A DNA stretch of 64,000 nt from an uncultured Planctomycetia bacterium. GTDB lineage: Bacteria; Omnitrophota; Gorgyraeia; B26-G9. Positions 41,676 through 52,548 of this stretch are shown one piece after another. Within the stretch, counting starts at the first letter, position 1, and every line of letters starts with the position of its first letter. The notes under the pieces were generated by a model. The model saw nothing but the letters and a program-made list of their open reading frames with translations. It had not been told where the DNA came from and searched no databases. A program made the position numbers and the translations under genes. The stretch lies in contig CAYTGV010000005.1 of NCBI GenBank assembly GCA_964437495.1, positions 759-64,758 of the forward strand, written 5' to 3'.

Positions 41676-41852
41676 TTAATTTATAATTCAATTATAATTT
41701 TCTAATTTTTTAAAAAACCCAAACCCAGCGATCGCTAAGCATATTCACCATTCTTATGAGTTTACCACAATAAATATTTTAAAACCACTATAATTATAAC
41801 TTCCTATTTAGCAGGTGATTGCAGGAATTAATGTGCTAACTACTGGGAAAAC

Positions 41853-42416
41853 TCATCTAGAACTAGAATTGATACGTGCGATATAATTCTGGGTTTCTTT
41901 AAAGGGAGGAACACGAAAGCCATATTTTTTTACTGTACCTGGCCCGGCATTATAACAGGCTAAAATTAAATCTTCCTGGCAGGCATTTAATTCCTCAGTA
42001 TGCTTATTAAGATACTCATTTATCCAGGCTAAAAACCTAGTTCCTACAATAATATTCTTTTCACTATTAAATGAATCCTCTTCAAAAGACCAGGAAACCT
42101 GCAAAAAATCCCGACAGATCCAATCCCATGTAGGCCTTGTTATCTGCATAAGGCCGCATGCACCTGTTTGGGAGACCGCATAAGTATTAAAACTGCTCTC
42201 AGCCTCAATTACCTGATATATAAGTGCTGAAGAAACCTGATAATTTTTAGATGCTCTATCAATAATTTCATTCATGCTATCAGCATAAATTACTGGTGTT
42301 ATTAAAAAACTTAAAATTAAGGCTAAAAAAACGGAAAAAAGTAGCCCTTGATGTTTTATTCTTTGTTTTATAAACAATTTATTAAGTCTGCAAAAAAAAT
42401 CCATTATTTTCACCAT
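41853..42416 (-). CDS. SLT-family lytic transglycosylase
   Basis: IEAESSFN, GACGLMQI, ACYNAGPG, PPFKETQNY. Confidence 0.9.
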   Translation of the reverse strand: MVKIMDFFCRLNKLFIKQRIKHQGLLFSVFLALILSFLITPVIYADSMNEIIDRASKNYQVSSALIYQVIEAESSFNTYAVSQTGACGLMQITRPTWDWICRDFLQVSWSFEEDSFNSEKNIIVGTRFLAWINEYLNKHTEELNACQEDLILACYNAGPGTVKKYGFRVPPFKETQNYIARINSSSR

Positions 42417-42530
42417 TTATCCTGCATCTTGAGAAGAACCCTCAACTACCCCCAAGATATAGTATAACACATTATAAAAGTTTTTACAAATAGCTTAAAT
42501 AATTATATTGCAAGGTGTTACATTTATGGA

Positions 42531-43526
42531 TTATTGATCGTTCCCATAGTGGGGATATGTTCCGTATTCTTTTAGAGAGGTGAAAAAAGCCAGAACCTCC
42601 TGAAGGCTTAATCTTTTGCCAATACCTTTATCAGAGCCAATAAAGTGACCTCCATTAAAAGAGGCACTTTTGATACATTTTTTAGTTTTTTCATCTATAC
42701 TCAAACCATCTCCATGCCCAGCAATATCAATATTACCAAATAAAATCAGATTTTTCGCATATGTTTTTTTTAAAATTCCAATATCCATGCCGCTAGTCGA
42801 ATCTATAGGATGGATTCCGTCAATTCCAGAATCTATCAGAGGATCTAATATCCCGCTTATGTTACCACAGGAATGCAAAATAACCTTAATCCCTTTTTCT
42901 TTGAGCGGCTCTATTGATTCTCTGATTCTCGGCAGCCATTGTTGTTCCAAAAATACATTTGAAAACATAAGACCTTTATCATAAGCAATATCGTCTTTAA
43001 TAAAAAAAAGCGGCCCTAATTCTGCCTTGGCAAATAAAAGAGCTCTCTGATATAAATTCTCCGCATATATATCAATGAGTCTCTCTATCTGTATTAATTC
43101 AACATACATTTTTCTGCAGAATTCCTCATAACCCAGCGTTTTATAGGCAACACTTAATATACCCTCTGCAGACATTGCTAAATAAGTATTAGGAGCAAAA
43201 AGGCTTTGCTGTTGAGCAAAGTCTTTCATCTCTTCATTTAATTCTTCATTACTGAGAACATCCATCCTCGGCTTACGCAGAGCAAATCTTTGCAATCTTT
43301 TTAATAATCCTTCATGCCGGTAATTTCTTCGCCTCTCAAACTGCCAACACACATCAATACCCAGCTCATGATAAGCCTTTACCTTCTCTTGTATTGAAAT
43401 ATCTAGACCGGGGCTGAAATATTGAAAAATTTTAGGATTATCAATAAAATCGCAAACCGGGACACGATCAGGCTCCTGAAAATTCAAGGTAAGCTTTATA
43501 CGATTATCAACACTTGCATCAAGCAT
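42531..43526 (-). CDS. Uroporphyrinogen decarboxylase/methyltransferase-like (URO-D family) protein
   Basis: EPDRVP, DDIAY, HSCGN, L.GNID. Confidence 0.8.
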   Translation of the reverse strand: MLDASVDNRIKLTLNFQEPDRVPVCDFIDNPKIFQYFSPGLDISIQEKVKAYHELGIDVCWQFERRRNYRHEGLLKRLQRFALRKPRMDVLSNEELNEEMKDFAQQQSLFAPNTYLAMSAEGILSVAYKTLGYEEFCRKMYVELIQIERLIDIYAENLYQRALLFAKAELGPLFFIKDDIAYDKGLMFSNVFLEQQWLPRIRESIEPLKEKGIKVILHSCGNISGILDPLIDSGIDGIHPIDSTSGMDIGILKKTYAKNLILFGNIDIAGHGDGLSIDEKTKKCIKSASFNGGHFIGSDKGIGKRLSLQEVLAFFTSLKEYGTYPHYGNDQ

Positions 43527-43547
43527 AAATCACTCCAAGTCATCCGC

Positions 43548-44168
43548 TTAAGATAGGGTTTTTAGAAGCAGGCTTATTTGCTTAGCATTTAGAGAGTTTA
43601 TCCTTTTGCCCATAGCCAAAGCTAAAACCTGCATCTTAGCCGTCTGCTCAGCTAATATTGTACGGGTAAAGGCCTCTTTAAAATCCCTGCCCACACTAAG
43701 TAATCCATGATTTTTTAAATAAATAACATTGCATTTTGCAATAACCTGGCCAACCTTATGTGCCAGCTTTTCTGTCCCAGGACAGATATAATCCACAATC
43801 CCTATTTCAGAACCTATACCCAAAATAAATTCAGGGCCAATAAGATTTGGCTTTATTGAACAGCTTACAAGTGTAGTAGCGTATAATGGGTGAGTATGAA
43901 TGACACAGCTAATGTCCGGTCGGGCTTGATAACAAAAGGCGTGCATTCTGAATTCACAGCTAGGCTGTGATTTTTTTTTCTTAGGGCTTAAGGTTTCAAT
44001 ACCCACACTCACAAAATCCACTCTCCTGGCTTCTTCCATAAAACATCCACTGGCCTTGATCAACATAGATCTGCCCTGCCGGATGCTAATATTTCCGGAA
44101 GACCCTTGCACAAGTCCTCTTCTGGCAATTAAATGTGAGTATTTTATAAGCTCTTTATATTTATCCAT
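43548..44168 (-). CDS. Class II aldolase/adducin family protein
   Basis: GNISIR, PSCEFRMH, IHTHP, KNHG. Confidence 0.9.
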   Translation of the reverse strand: MDKYKELIKYSHLIARRGLVQGSSGNISIRQGRSMLIKASGCFMEEARRVDFVSVGIETLSPKKKKSQPSCEFRMHAFCYQARPDISCVIHTHPLYATTLVSCSIKPNLIGPEFILGIGSEIGIVDYICPGTEKLAHKVGQVIAKCNVIYLKNHGLLSVGRDFKEAFTRTILAEQTAKMQVLALAMGKRINSLNAKQISLLLKTLS

Positions 44169-44341
44169 AGCTAATGTTAAAAATTACCACACATAGACTC
44201 TTTTGTCAAAAAAATTTGCAAAATTAGCATTTATTCGCTATACTGAATTAACATTTAAGACAAGTCAATCAATACCGCTACATTCAAAGCAATAGAAATA
44301 TTTGCCTGTAGTATTATGAGTTAACCTTTTAGGAGGAAAAT

Positions 44342-45946
44342 ATGCTTTTTAGAAATTTAAGAAAACACACTAAAACAATCATGTGGGCTATCGCGATATT
44401 CATTGTGCCGGCTTTTGTAATATGGAATATAGGCAGTGCAGTAAAAAACCGCCGCAGCGGATTTGCCGGAAAAATTTTCAACAAGAAAATCGGCTGGACA
44501 GATTTTTCAGCGGAAAAACATGCCGTACGTAACGATATTTGGATGCGCTATGGAGAACAGCCGGAACAATATAACAATTTAGATGAGCAAACCTGGACAC
44601 GATTGATAATCCTTGAAGCAGCAAAAAAGAAAAACATAAAAGTAAGTAATAAGGAATTACTTAAATTCATAAAGAACCTGCCGGTCTTTAAATATTCTGA
44701 CCTGGCTCCAGAAAATTATGCCATGATAATTAGCCGTGTTTTCCAGCAATCACCCGCAGATTTTGAACAAGGAATAAAAAATTCCATTATGATAAACAAG
44801 TTCATGGGAAAACTGACTGAAGACCTTATCGTAAGCGATATGGAAGTCGAAAATACGTATAGACAGGAATTTGAACAGGCATCTGTCTCTTATATCGTTA
44901 TTGAACCTCAAGCCTTTCAGGATACAGTCATAAGCGACAATGAAGATGATCTCAAAGGCTATTATTCGAACAATAAAGAAAAATTTAGAAAACCGGAGCA
45001 GATAAATGTCAAATATATCCAGATAAAGTTAGAGCAATTCAAAGAAGGAATCCTGATAACAGAAGAAGAAATTAAAAAATATTACGATAATAATAAAGAA
45101 GAGTTCAAGGCAGAAAAAACTGATGATAAAAAAGAAACGACCCAAGAATACAAAAGTTTAGCCGATGTATCGGAAACTATCAAAGATAAGTTAATCGAGA
45201 AAGAAATGATTAACCAGGCCTCAGGCCTTTCCCGAACCATTATGAATAAGCTATACGGTGATGTAAGTTTTGATGATGTAGCTAAAGAACATGGACTGGC
45301 CGCTAAAGAAACAGGCCCATTTTCCATGTTTGATCAGATCCCTAAGATCGGGTTAAGTTTTCCATTTCTAAAAGCAGCCTTTTCCTTAAAACCAGGCGAA
45401 GTAAGCCAAATAATAAAAGCACCTACTGCTTATTATATTCTCAAACCTATCAAAAAAATCAAACCTTATATTCCTGAATACGCAGATATAACAGATGACG
45501 TAAAAAAACTTTATATAGAAGCACAGGCCCAGATAATTGCCATTCAAAAAGGCAAGCAAGTACGTTCTGAACTTATTGATCTTATAAATACAAAACAAAT
45601 GAATTTTAAAGATGCCTCGGCTGAACTTGAATTTACCGTAAAGAAAGCCGATAATATTACACGCTCAGGATATATCCCGGAACTGGGCTTTAGCAAAGAG
45701 TTTGCTGCAGCTGCCCTAGAACTTAAAAAAAATGCTATATCCAGTTTAATTAAAACTCCATCCGGATTATGCCTAATCAGTTTAGATGAGATAAAACCCC
45801 TGGACATGGATAAATTTAAGGAGCAAAAAAAAGATTACTCGATAAAAGTTATAAACACTAAGAAGGCAAAATTTTTAAGCAGCTGGTTTGAGGATATTAA
45901 ACTTAAAGCGAACGCTCAAACTTATATTGATAAAGAACAGCAATGA
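44342..45946 (+). CDS. SurA N-terminal/PpiD-like periplasmic chaperone
   Basis: N-terminal TM, SurA_N-like region, degenerate rotamase regions. Confidence 0.82.
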   Translation: MLFRNLRKHTKTIMWAIAIFIVPAFVIWNIGSAVKNRRSGFAGKIFNKKIGWTDFSAEKHAVRNDIWMRYGEQPEQYNNLDEQTWTRLIILEAAKKKNIKVSNKELLKFIKNLPVFKYSDLAPENYAMIISRVFQQSPADFEQGIKNSIMINKFMGKLTEDLIVSDMEVENTYRQEFEQASVSYIVIEPQAFQDTVISDNEDDLKGYYSNNKEKFRKPEQINVKYIQIKLEQFKEGILITEEEIKKYYDNNKEEFKAEKTDDKKETTQEYKSLADVSETIKDKLIEKEMINQASGLSRTIMNKLYGDVSFDDVAKEHGLAAKETGPFSMFDQIPKIGLSFPFLKAAFSLKPGEVSQIIKAPTAYYILKPIKKIKPYIPEYADITDDVKKLYIEAQAQIIAIQKGKQVRSELIDLINTKQMNFKDASAELEFTVKKADNITRSGYIPELGFSKEFAAAALELKKNAISSLIKTPSGLCLISLDEIKPLDMDKFKEQKKDYSIKVINTKKAKFLSSWFEDIKLKANAQTYIDKEQQ

Positions 45947-46521
45947 CAAAACTCATTCTTGCCTCTGCATCGCCTAGGAGGAAAGAACTTCTAGAAAAAG
46001 CAGGCCTTAAAATATTTATAAGGCCAAGTAATATCATTGAAGGACCAAATACAGCTCCTTCTGTTGAACATTACTGTATTGGCCTTGCATTATCTAAAGC
46101 ACAAAACATAGCCTCAAAACATAGTAATGCCATAGTAATCGGCGCTGATACCATAGTTGTTTATAATAATAAAATATTTGGAAAACCAAAAAATATACGC
46201 GATGCCAAAACGATCCTTTGCACACTCAATGGAACAAGGCATTTTGTTTACACAGCAATAGCTGTTATTAACATAAAAGAAAACAGAAGAATAGTAGACA
46301 TAGAAAAATCAACCATTTTTACAAGGCCTCTCTCCCGCAAACAAATCAATATGCTTTCTAAAAAAAATCACGATAAAGCCGGAGCATATGCTATCCAGGA
46401 AAAAACAGATATGTTCATTAGGAAAGTCAAAGGGGATTTCTATAATGTAGTCGGAATGCCTATTAATAGTTTACGCAGAATATTACTGGAATTCAATGTA
46501 AAAATGGGAGTTTTAAAATAG
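45943..46521 (+). CDS. maf: Maf-family nucleotide pyrophosphatase
   Basis: LILASASPRR, GADTIV, DKAGAYAIQ, NVVGMP. Confidence 0.95.
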   Translation: MTKLILASASPRRKELLEKAGLKIFIRPSNIIEGPNTAPSVEHYCIGLALSKAQNIASKHSNAIVIGADTIVVYNNKIFGKPKNIRDAKTILCTLNGTRHFVYTAIAVINIKENRRIVDIEKSTIFTRPLSRKQINMLSKKNHDKAGAYAIQEKTDMFIRKVKGDFYNVVGMPINSLRRILLEFNVKMGVLK

Positions 46522-46526
46522 AGCCA

Positions 46527-46865
46527 TTAAAAAGCTTCAAAATTTTTTCTGGTCGTCATTGATTTTTTCATTTTTTCCACATACTTATAATACGGACAGC
46601 ATTTACAAGACCCATAGCGCTCAACATATTTGCAAAGTTTTTCCGCTTTCATTGGATGCATCAGAAGCATTTCGTGCTCAGTCATATCTCTGCCTTCCTG
46701 CTGCGCAATTTTAGCCAGCTTATCAAGCCTTTTTTCAGCTTCATTATCACGCATAGTTCCGGCAACTTCCCAACAAACCTCCCCTTTATCAGGATAAGCA
46801 CAGCATGTACGCTCTTCATTGCATCTCATATACTCCCAACATCTATCAATATGCTTCTTCATCAA
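46527..46865 (-). CDS. Cys-rich two-CW-type small protein
   Basis: CWEY..C, CAYP, CWEVAGT, C-terminal CKCCPYY. Confidence 0.7.
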   Translation of the reverse strand: MMKKHIDRCWEYMRCNEERTCCAYPDKGEVCWEVAGTMRDNEAEKRLDKLAKIAQQEGRDMTEHEMLLMHPMKAEKLCKYVERYGSCKCCPYYKYVEKMKKSMTTRKNFEAF

Positions 46866-46896
46866 AAATCCTTTTCAAACCATTTCAATTAAGCTT

Positions 46897-47781
46897 TTAA
46901 CTCTTAATCAATATCTTAAGCGCTTGCAAATATTTATCTTTTGTTTTAGTTACGATCTCTTCCGGCAACTCTGGCCCAGGAGGAGTCTTATCCCAGTCAA
47001 GCGTCTCTAGATAATCCCTAACAAACTGCTTGTCAAAGCTAGGCTGGCTTCTACCTGAAGCATATTCATCCAGCGACCAAAACCGGGAAGAATCAGGAGT
47101 CAAAACCTCATCAATAAGAATGATTTTATCGCCGATTTTTCCAAATTCAAATTTTGTATCTGCTATAATTATACCATGTTTTTGAGCATAATCACACGCC
47201 TTCATATAAATCGCAATGCTCAACTCTTTTAATTTATCAGTTGTTTGCTTTCCAATCTGCTTCTCGACATATTCCTGCGAAACATTTTCATCATGCCCAA
47301 CTTCTGCTTTTGTAGATGGCGTAAAAATAACTTCTGGCAATTTGTCGGATTCTCTTAATCCCTCTGGAAGCTTAATTGCGCAAATAGTACCGGTCTTCTT
47401 ATAATCCTTCCAGCCTGAGCCAGATAAATATCCTCTGACTACGCATTCAACCGGCAAAGGCTGCGCCTTCTTAACAAGCATCGAGCGCCCTCTAAGAAGT
47501 TCTTTATAGGGAGCTAATTCTTGAGGGAATTCATCTACATCTGTACTTATCAGATGATTATCTATAATATCACTAGTGAAATCAAACCAGAACTTAGAAA
47601 CTTCTGTAAGCACCTGCCCTTTCCCGGGTATCGGTGTAGGCAGAATAACATCAAAGCAGGAGATCCGGTCTGATGATATTATTAAAAGCTTATCATCAAG
47701 ATCATAAATTTCTCTTACCTTTCCGCGCTTGAAAAATTTCACACCTTTTAATTCAACTGTTGTTGCTGCATTTGTGTTCAT
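46897..47781 (-). CDS. purC: SAICAR synthetase
   Basis: [32 protein letters not shown]. Confidence 0.97.
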   Translation of the reverse strand: MNTNAATTVELKGVKFFKRGKVREIYDLDDKLLIISSDRISCFDVILPTPIPGKGQVLTEVSKFWFDFTSDIIDNHLISTDVDEFPQELAPYKELLRGRSMLVKKAQPLPVECVVRGYLSGSGWKDYKKTGTICAIKLPEGLRESDKLPEVIFTPSTKAEVGHDENVSQEYVEKQIGKQTTDKLKELSIAIYMKACDYAQKHGIIIADTKFEFGKIGDKIILIDEVLTPDSSRFWSLDEYASGRSQPSFDKQFVRDYLETLDWDKTPPGPELPEEIVTKTKDKYLQALKILIKS

Positions 47782-47803
47782 GGAGCCTCCCTTTATCTAA
47801 AAA

Positions 47804-49675
47804 CTATAATTGATCAGGAATCACATAATCACCTATCTTAGATTTCAATGCCTGCAAACGCTTGCGTTGACCATCAAGTTTGGCAAATACCATGTTTGGA
47901 ATACCAATGGCATTGGTCTCGTATATTTCAAAAATTCTTTCTATCTTCGCTAGATTTTCCGGAATACGAATCTTAAACTGCTCATTATATAAAAGTTCAG
48001 AATAGTCTATATTCAAAACCTCTTTGAATAAGCGTTTCAAATCGTTATAACGCGGAATCTGACCGATAGGAGTAGTAATTGCTCCCGCATCATTATGTAT
48101 TCGCAATTCCATCCATTTTAACCAAACACGTTTATCCTGCATACCACTCAAGTATTTACCGTCTGAGTCTTTAAGAAAATAATTTGATCCAAAAATAATC
48201 GGAACATTGTCCATACCCTTACCAAAATCAAGATGATTTTGAATATATTTGCCCATTGGGATAGAAAGGAAATCAAGATTTGCCATTAGACAAAATTTAC
48301 GGATACCTTCTCTGCCTAATGTAGCAGCCGTAGTTTCAGATTCAAGGGAACTGGCCAGGCAAACAACTCCATGATCCCAGTCAAAACTCTGAAAAACTGG
48401 AACCCAAGTATCTGAATCTCTTCCCCCATATATAATCCCGCCAACTTTAGCTCCCTGAGGATCTTCTAGCTTTTCATCGCGATTCTTTAATGTTCTTATT
48501 GGAATTGTATAGCGAGCATTATTATGTGAATGCGCTAATTCTGTACCCACGACATTTTTTGCCCCTTTTCTCCAATTCCCTGCATAATTAACACCTTTAT
48601 TAGGAATTTCATGTCCATCTCCCTGCCAAGCAGGAGCGCCGTCCACATTTAAAACATTGGAAAAAATAACTTCACCTTTAGCTGTCAATACATCCCATAT
48701 TTTTGGATCATCTTTTGCCTTAACATCTTTTATAATACCAAATATACCTCGTTCTACGTTTACAGCATAGACACTGTTATCCTTTTTACGCAAATAAGCA
48801 ATATCATCACCTACAATACTCTCGCCTTCAACCATACAAGTTGAAGTCTTTCCGCAGGCACTCGGATAAGCACCGGTAAAATAAGACTTTCTTCCATTAG
48901 GCCCTTTAACTCCCATCAAGAACATATGTTCTGCAAGCCATCCCTCTTTGTTTGCTTTATTAATAGCAAGACGCAAAGCTAATTTTTTAAGACCAACTGT
49001 GTTTCCGGCATATTGAGTATTAGTAGTAAAAACAATGCCGTCTAACAGATCAATATAAACTCTCCGTTTATCCACATTTTTACTTACATTATGCTCAAGC
49101 TCTCCGGCAGAATGTACATATTTAAAAAATTCTATATCATTGCCTTGTTTCTTGAATGCTTCATACGCAGGACGATAAAGAATATCTTCTGAATGAGCAA
49201 CATACGCTGAATCAGTTATCTGTACCGCATATATAGAAAATTCTGAATTAACCGGCCCCAGGCACATAAACATCACAAACATCTGTTTGCCAACCATAAT
49301 ATCTTTAAGAAAAACCCTGACTTCTTCTAATCCAGGGTTACGTTCTGTGGTATTAATATGTGCGCCTAATTTTATCTCTGGAGTTACTAAAAATTTAGTA
49401 TTTGCTTTATCCCTTGCCTGATCATTAATTCCATCAAAATGAATAGTATGACCATCTTTTTTTAAAGCAACTTCCTCCCCCAGTTCCTTAGCCCTATTTC
49501 TAATGTAATCAATATCAGCAGCTATATCTGTTCTAACAAAAACAGAATCAGGATTGCATAATTCAGTATATTCAGAAACATATGCTACTATATCATCATT
49601 ATTTAAAACCATTAAATTAGCATAACTGTTTTCAACACACTTTTTTTCTAAATTTGTTATTAATTGTTTATTCAT
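47804..49675 (-). CDS. pckG: GTP-dependent PEP carboxykinase
   Basis: AEHM, PSACGKT, GDDIA, YGGRD. Confidence 0.93.
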   Translation of the reverse strand: MNKQLITNLEKKCVENSYANLMVLNNDDIVAYVSEYTELCNPDSVFVRTDIAADIDYIRNRAKELGEEVALKKDGHTIHFDGINDQARDKANTKFLVTPEIKLGAHINTTERNPGLEEVRVFLKDIMVGKQMFVMFMCLGPVNSEFSIYAVQITDSAYVAHSEDILYRPAYEAFKKQGNDIEFFKYVHSAGELEHNVSKNVDKRRVYIDLLDGIVFTTNTQYAGNTVGLKKLALRLAINKANKEGWLAEHMFLMGVKGPNGRKSYFTGAYPSACGKTSTCMVEGESIVGDDIAYLRKKDNSVYAVNVERGIFGIIKDVKAKDDPKIWDVLTAKGEVIFSNVLNVDGAPAWQGDGHEIPNKGVNYAGNWRKGAKNVVGTELAHSHNNARYTIPIRTLKNRDEKLEDPQGAKVGGIIYGGRDSDTWVPVFQSFDWDHGVVCLASSLESETTAATLGREGIRKFCLMANLDFLSIPMGKYIQNHLDFGKGMDNVPIIFGSNYFLKDSDGKYLSGMQDKRVWLKWMELRIHNDAGAITTPIGQIPRYNDLKRLFKEVLNIDYSELLYNEQFKIRIPENLAKIERIFEIYETNAIGIPNMVFAKLDGQRKRLQALKSKIGDYVIPDQL

Positions 49676-49894
49676 AATTCACTTCTCCTTATATTATTGT
49701 TTAGCTAGATTAATTTGTGATTATAGCAAATCACATGAAAAATTTCAAGTGTAAGTTATTTATTTTTAGGGGGTACTTTTTCTGCACATAAAAACTATTT
49801 TTGAATTAATTCGATAACGAATTTATGTTCATTCCATTCCATAAATCCTATCTCATTATTAAAATCCTCTTTTGGGTTCTCACCACTTTCTAAT

Positions 49895-49928
49895 AAAAAA
49901 GCCCACTGCAAATGCAACGGGCTTTTTT
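49895..49928 (-). terminator. Terminator after tRNA-Asp
   Basis: AAAAAAGCCC...GGGCTTTTTT. Confidence 0.75.
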
Positions 49929-49932
49929 AATA

Positions 49933-50010
49933 TGGCGGAGCCGACGGGGTTCGAACCCGCGACCTTCGGATCGACAGTCCGACGTTCTAAACCAGCTGAA
50001 CTACGGCTCC
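49933..50010 (-). tRNA. tRNA-Asp(GTC)
   Basis: GGAGCCG/CGGCTCC-GCCA, loop CTGTCGA. Confidence 0.96.
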
Positions 50011-50150
50011 TTAATTTTTAATTTTAAAATTAACCTCATAGTTGATTTGCAACTGAGAAGAATATATCAAAAATTAAACTTTACATTCACATCACAGCTA
50101 ATAACCTGCCATGGTTTACCATGAGCGAGTTGCATCAGCCTCAAGTCTAA

Positions 50151-50227
50151 TGGTGGGCGCGGTAGGACTCGAACCTACGACCCCCTCCTTGTAAGGGAGG
50201 TGCTCTAACCAACTGTGCTACGCGCCC
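50151..50227 (-). tRNA. tRNA-Val(TAC)
   Basis: GGGCGCG/CGCGCCC-ACCA, loop CTTACAA. Confidence 0.96.
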
Positions 50228-50243
50228 GATTTGTTAGAGTTAG

Positions 50244-50272
50244 AGTCTACAACATTTAATTTATTTTGTCAA
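50244..50272 (-). promoter_or_regulatory. Promoter of the tRNA-Val/Asp operon
   Basis: TTGACA-17-TAGACT. Confidence 0.6.
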
Positions 50273-50280
50273 TAGAGCCC

Positions 50281-52548
50281 TTAAATTGATCTTTGCACTA
50301 TCTCCAGTTGTTGTTTAAATAATAATCTTTTCGGCTTAAAAATGATTCCATTTTGCCTAAGAAAATTTTCAGTCCTACTCAAAAATTCAATTGCAAAATC
50401 CCAGTTTCGCCGTTCTAATGTATTTTTTTCAGCCTTCGGATCCATATTTGCAATTAAGCTTGTTGGGATCACTACAACAAATTTATCTCCCTCGTTTGCA
50501 AAAGTTATTTGCTGTGATTTTATCTTAGTTTTATTTCCATCATCAACAATCCTGATTTCAAAATCCTCATAAAAATAAGTTTCTAGCAAAAACGGCATTA
50601 GATATTTTCCTAATATACTGTTGCCCTCATTCTGCTTTTTAAAAGCCAACCAATTTGGTATATGAATTTCTTTATCCATTGAATTGAGTTCAACAATTAC
50701 TTTATTCTCACTTACATCCTTTGCAATTTTTTGTTTAGCATTAACATTTGGATTTATATCCCGCTCAATCTGATTAATAATTTTCATTATCGGTTTAAAG
50801 CAACTTTTATTATCTTTATTCACAAGATAGGGCTGATCTGCATCCTGCTTATATCCATTAAGCCATCCAAGGGACACAATTACAACCGGTTTACCTTTTA
50901 TATACACTTTGTAAGGTAGCGTTTTCTGAAAATTATCACAAAATCTTATTTCAATGTCTGAAAATTTTACTCTTTTATTTTTATTCATAAAATATAAAGC
51001 AAAATCCTCAATCCGATTATTTATCCCTGCTTCTCTGTCTTCATACTTATGCCTAAACTTTAGAATATTCTCCTTAATTATTTCTTTTGTTCCTAGCCTA
51101 ATCCGAGCAAAGGTCTGATCAATCAAATGCTTAAATTCTATTTTTGCTGCATAAAAATTATAAGGAATGACCAAGATTCGAGAACCTTTAAACTCCATAA
51201 AATACGGTTTTTTCCTCTGGGAATCAACCACGATCCGAATTTGGAGATCTTTATATGTTTGATCTTTCATATTGAGAGAGCATTGCTCAAAAAATTTAGA
51301 CAAAGACTTTACTTTTTCTTTTTTTAACTCAAGCTTAGGATATAAGTGATCCAATGTTTTGTTAATTATCTTATTCTGCTGATTCCAAGTATTAACCCAT
51401 CCCAGAGTATTCTCCTGGATAAACTCCTCATCAGGAACAACTAAATTATCCTCACTCTGCCCTTCTCTTGTGCATGCTATTAACTCTGTTACTGATTGGT
51501 CCATATTCCTAAAAATAGCTATTATACTGTGACTAACTGCATCATTTCTGGCTTGTAAAATTTGATCTGTGCCTAATATTTCTGAATTAGGAATTAAAGA
51601 TTCAGGAACCAATAATGTATATCGGCCATTAAATTTCATAAGTATCACATTTCGCCCAAACCTATGCGGCTTTTTCACAAACCGAATATCAAAATCCTCG
51701 GCAAATTTAATATTCTCTAAATTCGGCAGTAAAAAATCCTCAATAAAAAGCTTAATATCAATATTGGACCAGTATCGCAGTAAATCAGGAATAACCAGAT
51801 TTCTTTTTAAAGAATCAAAACTAACAATTGTACTATCTACAATTGACTGCATCACAGGAGAGAGCTGCTTATCAAAATCACCAGCATCATCATCACTCTC
51901 TTTAATTGTCTGATAAATAACATCTAGAATTATTTTACTAGCTGTTTGATAAGCCTCCTTAATCTTCTCATTTGAGGCCCTACCGCCATTTTTATCCGGC
52001 AGCCAAAGCAACGGCACAATCACACAATACTTATTATCAATAAAAGCAGGATAGGGATAAACAATCGTTAAATCCGGATCATGAATAATCCTTAAATCAA
52101 TATCAGAGAAATCTTTATTTTTAATTTGATTCATAAAAAAATCTAAAAAATTATTCACTCGCGACGTAATTGTTTCCTTAAAAAATTTTTGCCTTTTAAG
52201 TCCATTATTAGACTGCCATGCATTTTCAATAATTACCTGCTTAGAAGAAAGCTCTACCCGAGCAATTGTATTTTCCATTATTTTGCTTTGTTTAGATTCT
52301 ACCCAATTTTTTATTTTCTCTGTGAGAATATCAGTCTCAGAAGGAATTTTTATTGGTATTTTCAAACCATCAATATCAAGCATGCCTGTCTGATTACTAA
52401 TCGTTAATGCTTTTTGATTAACATCCTGAAAAGCCCGGTTATTGATTTGCAATGCGGGAGAAAGCATATCCGCGGCAAATACACAAGTTACCGAGAAAAA
52501 TGTATTAATGATTAATACCGCTATGATTTCAGTTATTGATTTATTCAT
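50281..52548 (-). CDS. Secreted hypothetical protein with five internal domain repeats
   Basis: Signal peptide ..VTCVFA; repeated D(I/F/L)xIR...(V/I)P motif. Confidence 0.8.
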   Translation of the reverse strand: MNKSITEIIAVLIINTFFSVTCVFAADMLSPALQINNRAFQDVNQKALTISNQTGMLDIDGLKIPIKIPSETDILTEKIKNWVESKQSKIMENTIARVELSSKQVIIENAWQSNNGLKRQKFFKETITSRVNNFLDFFMNQIKNKDFSDIDLRIIHDPDLTIVYPYPAFIDNKYCVIVPLLWLPDKNGGRASNEKIKEAYQTASKIILDVIYQTIKESDDDAGDFDKQLSPVMQSIVDSTIVSFDSLKRNLVIPDLLRYWSNIDIKLFIEDFLLPNLENIKFAEDFDIRFVKKPHRFGRNVILMKFNGRYTLLVPESLIPNSEILGTDQILQARNDAVSHSIIAIFRNMDQSVTELIACTREGQSEDNLVVPDEEFIQENTLGWVNTWNQQNKIINKTLDHLYPKLELKKEKVKSLSKFFEQCSLNMKDQTYKDLQIRIVVDSQRKKPYFMEFKGSRILVIPYNFYAAKIEFKHLIDQTFARIRLGTKEIIKENILKFRHKYEDREAGINNRIEDFALYFMNKNKRVKFSDIEIRFCDNFQKTLPYKVYIKGKPVVIVSLGWLNGYKQDADQPYLVNKDNKSCFKPIMKIINQIERDINPNVNAKQKIAKDVSENKVIVELNSMDKEIHIPNWLAFKKQNEGNSILGKYLMPFLLETYFYEDFEIRIVDDGNKTKIKSQQITFANEGDKFVVVIPTSLIANMDPKAEKNTLERRNWDFAIEFLSRTENFLRQNGIIFKPKRLLFKQQLEIVQRSI

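Noticed and set aside
49912-50124. 70-aa ORF
   Set aside because: Antisense to tRNA-Asp.
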